Shown: piece after piece, positions 1 to 8,170 of the stretch
Numbering within the stretch: position 1 is the stretch's first letter
Layout: the number at the start of each line of letters is the position of its first letter
Source: Spirochaetia bacterium
GTDB lineage: Bacteria > Spirochaetota > Spirochaetia > UBA9216
NCBI GenBank assembly: GCA_963675665.1
Contig: OY776510.1
Span: 4,576,001-4,640,000 of the forward strand
Reading direction: 5' to 3'
DNA length: 64,000 bases
Made by a program: the position numbers and the translations under genes
The notes under the pieces: generated by a model
Database searches by the model: none
What the model was told of the DNA's origin: nothing
What the model saw: the letters and a program-made list of their open reading frames with translations, nothing else

Positions 1-522
1 GTCGGCCGCCCCGGCGGCGGCAAGCCTTCTGAACTGGCTTTTGGACGGAATATCCAGCCCGTTCGTAGGTTCATCCAGAAGAAGAATACTTGACCATGTC
101 GCCAGCCCGAATGAAATCATGAACTTTTTTCGCTGACCGTATGACATTGCCCCAAGTTTCCCGCCCGGGTATATTTCAAATTCCGACGCGCAGTCTTTGA
201 AAAAATCCATGCTGAACTTCGGGTAGAAAGGCGCGTATGATTCAACATACTGGGTCCCGGTCATGGAAGGCAGATCAAATTCTTCCGGAAGATAATAAAT
301 TTCCGAAAGCATCTCGGGAATCCGCCTGGAGGCTTCAAACCCCATTGTTTTGCATTCGCCGCTTCCCGGAAAAAGCTCGCCGCTCATCAGTTTCAGCAGC
401 GTAGATTTGCCGGCCCCGTTCTTACCCAGAAGTCCGAACAGCCCCGGCTGGACTTCAAGGTTAAGCTCGTTAAAAAGCTTCTTTTTTGAATAATTAAAAG
501 AAAGTTGCTTAACTTCTAACAT
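1..522 (-). CDS. ABC transporter ATP-binding protein (runs off window start; absent from ORF track)
   Basis: Manual translation from ATG 522: MLEVKQLSFNYSKKKLF..., Walker A GKNGAGKST, signature MSYGQRKK, Walker B ILLLDEPT; SD AGGAG at 529-533. Confidence 0.9.
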   Translation of the reverse strand, partial: MLEVKQLSFNYSKKKLFNELNLEVQPGLFGLLGKNGAGKSTLLKLMSGELFPGSGECKTMGFEASRRIPEMLSEIYYLPEEFDLPSMTGTQYVESYAPFYPKFSMDFFKDCASEFEIYPGGKLGAMSYGQRKKFMISFGLATWSSILLLDEPTNGLDIPSKSQFRRLAAAGAAD

Positions 523-528
523 ATTTTA

Positions 529-751
529 CTCCTTTAAAAAATTCTTGCCATGGAAGGCAAGTTGCGGAGAATGAAGTTTGATGAGCTATGCTTGTCAAAC
601 TTCAAAATAATAAAATAGCATGGAAGATATTTTATTATTCCTCCTGTAAAAAATTCTTGCCATGGAAGGCAAGTTTCGGAGAATGAAGTTTGATGAGCCT
701 TGCTTGTCAAACTTCAAAATAACGAAAACACTCGGAAGTGTTTTCGTTATT
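529..751 (-). repeat. Tandem pair of 112-bp three-hairpin units in the ABC gene leader
   Basis: 529-639 and 641-751 are near-identical; each holds three inverted repeats and ends (minus sense) in an SD-like AGGAG. Confidence 0.9.
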
Positions 752-775
752 AGTGTCCTACCTCACTAATACACT
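752..775. promoter_or_regulatory. Palindromic operator, YtrA/GntR-like
   Basis: AGTGTCCTA-N6-TAATACACT immediately downstream of the -10 box; resembles TGTAYTA-N6-TARTACA operators of YtrA-subfamily regulators of ABC operons. Confidence 0.55.
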
Positions 776-778
776 GAT

Positions 779-807
779 AAGATAACGCACGTGCAACAAT
801 ATGTCAA
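779..807 (-). promoter_or_regulatory. Sigma70 promoter of ABC operon
   Basis: TTGACA (807-802) - 17 bp - TATCTT (784-779). Confidence 0.75.
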
Positions 808-932
808 GAGAAATAGAGAAAAAATATGATTTTTTGCGAATTTTAAGAAAATTGAGTGTTGTATTAGGTAGGCGAATAAAATTTGACAGTCAATGGCTAT
901 TGCTAAAAATTAATTTAAATTGGCATATTTAT

Positions 933-1264
933 TTAAAAAAGAAACTCCGCATACTGGACATCGTTAAAAGGCTCCAATCCAAGACCGCCGATTATATACA
1001 GATATCCATTGTTTTCTACGCTTGAGAAGCCCCACCTGCCGGTTGAGAAACTCTTTGTATTAATCCAAGCACCTAAACTTCCATCCATATTAATCTTCGC
1101 AAACCGGACATCATCTAATGGTCCGTCAGTACTGTTATAACCACCTAAAATATAAATATGTCCATTAAATACATTACCTGTTAGCAAATATCTGCCTTTA
1201 GTAAAATTTGTAGTCGCCATCCATGTTTCCAAAGTGCCGTCCGGTTGAATTACTGCATACTGAA
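933..1264 (-). pseudogene. 3' fragment of IS66-disrupted Kelch-repeat lipoprotein gene
   Basis: Two Kelch-like blades (NGHIYILGG, NGYLYIIGG); joins in frame with the 5' part across the IS (VLND|VQYAVIQPDGTLETW). Confidence 0.9.
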
Positions 1265-1349
1265 CATCATTTGTAAGCGGTAATTCTTACCTTCTTGCTA
1301 AAATATAAAAATGTATTATCCTCCGGAATTATTAACCAGGAGGAAATAA

Positions 1350-1649
1350 ATGCGAAAGGTAATAAATAATTGGGAAGAAGTCATTGAGCAACAACAGCAA
1401 AGCGGTAAGACGATTTTAGAGTTCTGTAAAGAGATCGGGATTCATCCAAACACGTTTTATAAAAACAGGAAAATTATTGGCAATCAGGAAGCACCCGGAA
1501 GTTCTTCAGTTGTTGAAATAAAACCAAATGGAATCTTCTCAGCCGCCCCAATAGTTATAAAAACCAAAAAGTTCTTAATATCAATAACTGCCGGATTTGA
1601 TGAAGCCGGGCTGAAATCAGTTCTTAAAGTAATCGGGGAGCTCGAATGA
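1350..1649 (+). CDS. tnpA: IS66 accessory protein TnpA (HTH)
   Basis: W..VIEQQQQSGKTILEFCKEIGIHPNTFY pattern; SD GGAGG; overlaps tnpB start. Confidence 0.85.
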   Translation: MRKVINNWEEVIEQQQQSGKTILEFCKEIGIHPNTFYKNRKIIGNQEAPGSSSVVEIKPNGIFSAAPIVIKTKKFLISITAGFDEAGLKSVLKVIGELE

Positions 1650-1990
1650 TTATCGATTACTCAGAATACCGTTACTTCGTCAGACCCGGGAAAACTGATT
1701 TACGAAAAGGTGTGAACGGTCTGAGCCTGCAGATTCAGAATATAATGCAGAACGACCCGTTCTCAAAAAGTCTGTTTCTATTCTGCAACGGCAAAAGAAA
1801 GCTGCTTAAAATCGTTTACTGGGATCGGAACGGATTCTGTCTTTGGCAGAAAAGACTTGAAAAGAATAAGTTCCCCTGGCCGGAAACGGAAGAAGACGCG
1901 AGGGAGATAAAGTTCGAAGAGTTGAAGATGCTGCTTGATGGAATAGATTTCTTTAAAGCGCATAAGCAATTAAATTATTCCCGCGTTTAG
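1646..1990 (+). CDS. tnpB: IS66 accessory protein TnpB
   Basis: TDLRKGVNGL, LFLFCN, KIVYWDRNGFCLWQKRLE, FPWP motifs. Confidence 0.95.
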   Translation: MIIDYSEYRYFVRPGKTDLRKGVNGLSLQIQNIMQNDPFSKSLFLFCNGKRKLLKIVYWDRNGFCLWQKRLEKNKFPWPETEEDAREIKFEELKMLLDGIDFFKAHKQLNYSRV

Positions 1991-2028
1991 GGCTTCACAC
2001 TCGAATTTAACCGTGGTAAAATTCTTAT

Positions 2029-3582
2029 GTGAGTACTGAAGCCTTGCTTAACGAAATTGCTCAACTCAAACAAACAGTCCAAAATCAGGATAATCAGATT
2101 ACCGAATTGAAAGAACTGGTACACCTCCTGCAGACTCTTCACTTCGGAACAAAATCTGAGAAACTTACCAGTGAAGATAAGAAGCAGGCGTCCCTTTTCA
2201 ACGAAGCAGAAGATTCCGCATTTGAGCAGCAGGATGAAATAGAATCAGAAACCCTTGAAGTAAAAGCCCACACAAAAACAGTTCGAAAGAACTCGGGAAG
2301 AAAAGCGCTTTCTGAAGACCTGCCTCGCGAGATTGTTGAATACGATATCGATGAAGAAGATAAAACCTGTGCCTGTGGTACCGAGAAGGTTTGTATAGGT
2401 GAAGATGTATCTGAACGACTCTGCATCGTTCCTGCGAAAGTAGTCGTCAGACGTGAGATAAAGAAAAAATATGTCTGCCGAAATTGTGAAGGAACAACTG
2501 ATGATTCATCCGGAGTACAGACAGCAGAAGGGATTAAACACCTCATTTCCGGAAGTATTGCCGATGAAAGCCTGCTTGCATGGATTATAAATGAGAAGTT
2601 TGAATATGCGCTGCCGTTTTATCGACAGAGTAAGAGGTTGAATGCGATAGGTGCGGATATTCCACGTGCAACACTGAGCACATTGGCAATTAAATGCGCT
2701 GAAAGATGCAAGCCGCTATATGAGCTGCTTAAAGATAATATTAAAAACGGTCCAGTAATCAATGCTGATGAAACCCGGGTGCAGGTTTTGAAAGAAAAAG
2801 GTCGTAAAGCACAGGATAAATCCTGGATGTGGGTATTTCTTGGTGGAGAGACTGATAAAAAATCTGTTGTGTTTCAGTATGAAACAAGCCGCTCTCATAA
2901 AGTTCCGTATGATTTCCTGCAAGAATATTCCGGCTGGCTGCAGACTGATGATTATGAGGCTTATCACACTGCATTGAAAAAACTAAGCGATGAAGGAAAT
3001 AAATCTATTCGTCATGTTTTGTGCTGGGCTCATGCCCGTAGATATTTCTACAAGTATTGGGAGCTGTCTAAATCTCCGGATGCAAAACAGATACTCGAAT
3101 TGATTAAGAAACTTTTTGAGCTTGAAGATTTAAGAGCTGATTTTTCTAAGAAAGGGTTTCAAAAACAACGGACGAACAGGGCTTCTCCGATTCTGAAATC
3201 CTTATTTGAATTACTGACACAATATGCAGCGGCAACGCCGCCTACACTTGCCTTCGGGAAAGCTATTGCCTATACGCTGGATAATTGGAAGCAGTTAAAC
3301 TTGTATTTGGAAGACCCGCTGCTTACGTCGTCTAACAACATTGCCGAAAACGCAATCCGGCCTTTTGTGATCGGCAGGAAGAATTGGTTGTTTTCCGATA
3401 CAGAACACGGCGCCGAATCTTCAGCAATTTTGTACAGCCTTGTTGAATCAGCTAAAATGCAGAACCTCTCGGTCTATGATTATTTCTACTACGTTTTCAG
3501 ACAGCTTCCAAATTGCAAAACACCGGCTGATTATGAAGCACTGCTTCCGTTCAACCTGACTCCTGGGCTGATTAAGGCATAG
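2029..3582 (+). CDS. tnpC: IS66 DDE transposase TnpC
   Basis: FGTKSEK, GRKALSEDLPR, zinc finger, INADET, LQTDDY, CWAHARR, NNIAENAIRP..GRKNWLF, LLPFN. Confidence 0.97.
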   Translation: MSTEALLNEIAQLKQTVQNQDNQITELKELVHLLQTLHFGTKSEKLTSEDKKQASLFNEAEDSAFEQQDEIESETLEVKAHTKTVRKNSGRKALSEDLPREIVEYDIDEEDKTCACGTEKVCIGEDVSERLCIVPAKVVVRREIKKKYVCRNCEGTTDDSSGVQTAEGIKHLISGSIADESLLAWIINEKFEYALPFYRQSKRLNAIGADIPRATLSTLAIKCAERCKPLYELLKDNIKNGPVINADETRVQVLKEKGRKAQDKSWMWVFLGGETDKKSVVFQYETSRSHKVPYDFLQEYSGWLQTDDYEAYHTALKKLSDEGNKSIRHVLCWAHARRYFYKYWELSKSPDAKQILELIKKLFELEDLRADFSKKGFQKQRTNRASPILKSLFELLTQYAAATPPTLAFGKAIAYTLDNWKQLNLYLEDPLLTSSNNIAENAIRPFVIGRKNWLFSDTEHGAESSAILYSLVESAKMQNLSVYDYFYYVFRQLPNCKTPADYEALLPFNLTPGLIKA

Positions 3583-3601
3583 GGTAAGAATTACCGCTTA
3601 C

Positions 3602-5321
3602 CATCATTTAGTACGTCTGTATCAGACTGTCCTCCAAGAATATACATGTATCCATTATTAACAATAGTTGAAAACCCTCTTCTTTCTGAATTTAAACTTG
3701 TTGTATAGCTCCATAAACCAAGAGACCCGTCCGGGTTAATCTTTACATATTGGACATCATTGAGGTAATTCAGGGCTTCATCCATACCTCCCATTATATA
3801 TAGGTAACCATTATAGGTGACACAACTAAAAACACTCCTTGCTGTTGTAAAGCCTGTGGTATAGTTCCATGAGTCCAGACTACCATCGGTATTTATCTTT
3901 GCATACAAAGCCTCACTCAGCTGATTAGTACCGTCATTACCGCCGAGTACATACAGATATCCATTGAAAATAATACTGGTATGACCCACTCTTGGTGATG
4001 GTAACTGTGTAGTAAAATTCCATGAATTCAAATTGCTGTCAGTATTTATCTTTGCATAGAGAACATCACTCTGAGCAGTAGTATTATCAGTCCCTCCAAG
4101 TACATATAAATATCCGTTGCATACTACACTTGAACAGCTCCATCTTGGCCCTGTAAGACTCGTAGTTTCACTCCAATCCCCAATCTCAGGACCTCTTGCC
4201 CCCTTACAGACTTCCGCATCCTCTGAGTCTACACTCTCCCCGGAAATACCGTTTGCTCTGGCTGTAAGGATGATAATCCCGTCGGAATAATCTTCTGTAT
4301 CTATGGTGTAGCTGAATGGGGCTTCAGCATCTGTTCCCAGATAGATGCCGTTTGCATAAAACTCTACATCTGTAATAATATCGGTACCGTTTGAGGCGAA
4401 GGTATTTATGTTTGTTACTCCGTCAATCCGGGTATCAGACAGCGGTTCGATAATGCTGATTGTCATTTCCTTTTCTTCAGCCTTAACTTTTTCAGTAGTT
4501 TCCCAGTGTACTTGTATATTCAGACTATAAACAACCTGTGTTTCAGCTTCATCAACAACAACCTGATAAGATGAAGATTCACTCAGATATGTCTGGGTAT
4601 CACCATCAACACTTCCGTGCACATGCTGCTGCTGACTTTCAAAACCTCCGACTGTATATTGCAGGTCGAAAAATACACCGATGCAGTCATACACGGCTTC
4701 GTCAGTTTCAACACTCATACCGTAAATACCGTTGCTGTTTAAAAACCATGAGACGAAATACATGAAGGGATAGTATGAATCACCGCCTGAATAATATTCC
4801 TGGAATTTACTCAATAAGCCGGGAGCAAACAGGCTTCCGACATAGGGCGAAAAATGATTAACTTCTGCTGTAAGAGTTGCATTATCAGAACCGGGGTCGG
4901 CAGCAAATGGAATATCCTTCCAGCTTCCGTCAGCAAAGGTAAATACGGCGTGTTCCTGATTCTCAACCAGCGGCACTGAAGAAGGTATACTTATAGTTAC
5001 CGGAACATTGAATGTAAGCCCTTCAGGACCGAAATCAGCACCTCCAGTAAAAGGCGTAACTCCGTGGTCCCGGCTGATACCTGCAGAATTTGTATAGGTT
5101 TTAATGGTTATCTCCGTCGGTACATCAAGAGCCCCGGCAGGAATGGTAACCGATGCTCCTCTCGGGTCTGTAACTGTCCCGCCTTCGGGACCGATTGTCT
5201 CCGAATAAACCGGCATATAACCTAATGCATCGCTTAAAAAGAATTGCCTGCATGAATAAAAGGCTGTTCCGATAAGAAGTGCCGTAAAAATGAAAATAAC
5301 AATTCGTTTTTTCTTTTTCAT
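3602..5321 (-). pseudogene. 5' part of ZU5-like/Ig-like/Kelch-repeat lipoprotein gene disrupted by IS66
   Basis: Likely start ATG 5321 (MKKKKRIVIF...FYSC lipobox, SD GGAG); TIGPEGGTV..VTIPAGAL ZU5-like region, VEFYANG..APFSY Ig-like domain, four Kelch-like blades. Confidence 0.85.
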
Positions 5322-5338
5322 GGTACTAACACTCCATA

Positions 5339-5917
5339 TTAAAAATCGATTTCTACTCTCAATCCCGGAGATATACCCATATAGGCCATGTCGTCGTAGA
5401 AGATCATCAGAAGCTCGCCGAAGGCAGATGCACTCAGCCACGGCAGGAATCGCCACCCAACCCCAACTCCCGGTGCAATAAGAGGTTTAATAACAGTACT
5501 GTCGGATACACCCGGGTAAACAGCCTGATAATTGAATATATTTACAGCAGCACCTGCATTTGCTTCTACGTAGAGGCACAATGGTGAATTAAAATTTGTT
5601 TTATATGTGAGAATACCTGCAACAGGAACGGACAAAATTAAACACTGATATGCTGCCTCAATACCGGTAGTCTGGATATTACATCCGGAAAAAACACCAA
5701 AACCGATTATTCCCCAGTCAAAGGCTAAATTATAACTGAATGAAACAGCCGGTGTAATCGCAATATTGAATGCCGGTGATAAATCCCCAAAAGGTATAGT
5801 CGCTCCGCAGCCTACACTTGTCGAAAAGTAATTGTTCTGCTGTCTTGCATCTTCACCAGCATAAACTGATGTTATTATGCAGAGAACAAGAAATATACCG
5901 ACAATAATTTTTTTCAT
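5339..5917 (-). CDS. Putative outer-membrane beta-barrel protein
   Basis: Signal peptide, alternating beta-strand pattern, C-terminal Phe (LRVEIDF). Confidence 0.7.
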   Translation of the reverse strand: MKKIIVGIFLVLCIITSVYAGEDARQQNNYFSTSVGCGATIPFGDLSPAFNIAITPAVSFSYNLAFDWGIIGFGVFSGCNIQTTGIEAAYQCLILSVPVAGILTYKTNFNSPLCLYVEANAGAAVNIFNYQAVYPGVSDSTVIKPLIAPGVGVGWRFLPWLSASAFGELLMIFYDDMAYMGISPGLRVEIDF

Positions 5918-6131
5918 GAACCCGATATTAATTATATATCATAAAGACATGATCAACAATGAATTAAAGTTACCTGCAAAGACTTTGATAATTATTTAAT
6001 TAAGATAGAAACAAATCCCGCACTACTGCCTTGCAGGAACCATAACCTTACATATAACAGTGTCTAATGGTATGCGAATCGATAAGGAGGATATTTACAT
6101 TACACTATCTGCGGTTCTTTGCCATATATAG

Positions 6132-7043
6132 TCACTCAACAGCACCTGCGTTTTTTAAAAGTTCAATAATTTCGTAAAGACCTTTGTGCAACGCTGACTT
6201 TAGGGGTGTAACTCCAAGACCATTGTAAATGTTTACATCAGCGCCTGCTCCGATAAGCAGCCGGACAATATCTATATAGTCTCTTTGTACAGCTTCAGTC
6301 AAAGGGGAGTTCCCATATGCGTCACGAAGATTTACATCAGCTCCATTCTCAATAAGCAGTCTTGATATATCAGCATTTCCGGAGAACACTGCTTCCATTA
6401 GTACCGTGGTTCCATTCCAATGTTGAAAGTTTACGTTTGCTCCCTTATTGATTAAGATCGCAACAATGTTCAATTGACCGGCAGTAACGGCATAATTTAA
6501 TAAAGTAAAATCGTTTTCATCAACAGAATTTATCTCAATGCTTTCTTCCGGTAATTTTGATAATTCTTCAGTGTTTCCGGTTCTTATTAACTCAATCAAT
6601 CTGTTTTCATATACAGCGCCGGCATCCTTCAGAATAGCTTCAATATCTAAAAAACTATTTTTTACAGCATATATAAGCGCTGATTTTTTTTTATTATCAG
6701 TCATATTAACATCTGCTCCAGCCTGGATAAGTACTTGAGCAATTTCCACCTGCCCATATTTTGCTGCTGTTATCAAAGCTGTTTCCCCGAAATTATTTTC
6801 TTTGTCTATATCAGCGCCTGCGCTTATCAAAATTTCGACAATATCGCCATAACCGTACATGGAAGCATACATTAAGGATGTATCCCCGTATTCATCAACA
6901 GAATCAACATCTATACCATCAGAAACAAGGATTCTAACTGCAGGAATATCATTAGCTAAAACAGAATATAGAAGCTTATCGAATGTAGAAGAATAGACTG
7001 CATAACAGTTGAAGAAAATTAATAAGACGAATAATTTTCTCAT
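6132..7043 (-). CDS. Secreted ankyrin-repeat protein
   Basis: Multiple G.T.L..A...G...IV..LI..GADVN repeats after a signal peptide. Confidence 0.92.
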   Translation of the reverse strand: MRKLFVLLIFFNCYAVYSSTFDKLLYSVLANDIPAVRILVSDGIDVDSVDEYGDTSLMYASMYGYGDIVEILISAGADIDKENNFGETALITAAKYGQVEIAQVLIQAGADVNMTDNKKKSALIYAVKNSFLDIEAILKDAGAVYENRLIELIRTGNTEELSKLPEESIEINSVDENDFTLLNYAVTAGQLNIVAILINKGANVNFQHWNGTTVLMEAVFSGNADISRLLIENGADVNLRDAYGNSPLTEAVQRDYIDIVRLLIGAGADVNIYNGLGVTPLKSALHKGLYEIIELLKNAGAVE

Positions 7044-7278
7044 AACAATGACTACGATTATATCACAGTTTAATTAAATATAGGGTTTTAAACGTTACCA
7101 GTTCAGCCGACATCTGTCCGTGAATAACTATTGAATTCTTTGACTATGAAGGCATGATTCCCTCCTGTTGCCTAAAACCATAACCTTACAAACAACATTA
7201 TCTACCGGTATGGATATGGACAAACCGAATATCACCCATGTGCCGATTTTTACAAACTGAAAGGCTCCTAAATAGCCT

Positions 7279-7424
7279 GCGCGTCAGGGATTGAAGCGGA
7301 AACGGCGCCGGCAGCCCGGCGGAGGGGACGGAGCCGGAATCAGCTGCCGGGAGCAGCCGTTGAAGTGGAAAGCCCGACCCCTCGCGCTGAAAGGCAGAGC
7401 CTTTCCGTGCGAGGGGGGACGCCC
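7279..7424. repeat. GC-rich structured intergenic element (REP/MITE-like)
   Basis: Ends GCGTC...GACGC pair; nested hairpins; internal direct repeat TTGAAGYGGAAA. Confidence 0.6.
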
Positions 7425-7440
7425 GAATAATCCGAACGAT

Positions 7441-8163
7441 TCAACTGTCGAAGAGCTTCCAGCTGCCCCTCAGATCCGGATACTGAAGAAGCGAATCAAG
7501 CATTTTAATATACCCGCTTCGCGGTATTTCCTCGGCGCCGAGCGAACGCAGATGCGGCGTCATTATCTGGCAGTCGACAAGTTCTATTCCGAGAGCGCTC
7601 AGCGCCCTTACCATACCGATAAACGCGGCTTTCGACGAATCGGTAACGGCCGAGAACATTGATTCTCCGAAAAAGCACCTGCCCAGCGAAACCCCGTAGA
7701 GCCCGCCGGAAAGCACAGGGCCGTTTTCGGAAGAAACAAAGGCTTCGATTGAATGTGCCCATCCCAGTTCGTGCAACCGGTAATAACCTTTGATAATATC
7801 CGGATTAATCCATGTTCCGATTTCATGTTTTCGTTCTATACCGGCGCATTTCCTGATAACCTCTTCAAAGCAGGTATCGCTTCGAAGAATGAACTTCCCG
7901 CTTCGGATTTTACGCTCCATCCGCTTTGAGACATGAAGCTTTTCGGGAAAAAGAACGCAGCGGGGATCGGGGTTCCACCAGAGAATGGGATCATTCTCGT
8001 CATACCACGGAAACGCGCCCTGACTGTATGCCGAAAGAAGCATTCCGGGCGACAGGTTGCCGCCGGCGGCCAGAACGCCGTCGGGAGTCGCCTCTTCCGG
8101 ATTGGGAAAATTTATTCTCTGGAATTCATCAAGTTCAGGGAAATCGGGATCTGCCAAAAACAA
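7441..8163 (-). CDS. aat: Leucyl/phenylalanyl-tRNA--protein transferase
   Basis: GGNLSPGMLLSAYSQGAFPW, WWNPDPR, AHSIE, GGLYGV, FFGESMFS, DCQ; follows clpA. Confidence 0.95.
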   Translation of the reverse strand: MFLADPDFPELDEFQRINFPNPEEATPDGVLAAGGNLSPGMLLSAYSQGAFPWYDENDPILWWNPDPRCVLFPEKLHVSKRMERKIRSGKFILRSDTCFEEVIRKCAGIERKHEIGTWINPDIIKGYYRLHELGWAHSIEAFVSSENGPVLSGGLYGVSLGRCFFGESMFSAVTDSSKAAFIGMVRALSALGIELVDCQIMTPHLRSLGAEEIPRSGYIKMLDSLLQYPDLRGSWKLFDS

Positions 8164-8170
8164 TTACCGC

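Larger units (their letters stand above)
1273..3601 (+). mobile_element. IS66-family insertion sequence, 2329 bp
   Basis: Perfect 19-bp TIR GTAAGCGGTAATTCTTACC at 1273-1291 and 3583-3601; 8-bp direct repeat CATCATTT at 1265-1272 and 3602-3609; tnpA-tnpB-tnpC order. Confidence 0.97.

Noticed and set aside
595-621. Leader peptide MLFYYFEV in the ABC leader
   Set aside because: The ATG is ~18 nt from the SD, lies within a hairpin, and is absent from the second repeat copy
5322-5456. Longer start for the Kelch lipoprotein
   Set aside because: Overlaps the barrel gene; signal peptide and SD fit ATG 5321
5920-7260. Integron attC cassette array
   Set aside because: No convincing RYYYAAC...GTTRRRY palindromes and no integrase in the window
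7291-7662. 123-aa plus-strand ORF
   Set aside because: Reads through the structured repeat and antisense to aat, with no recognisable motif
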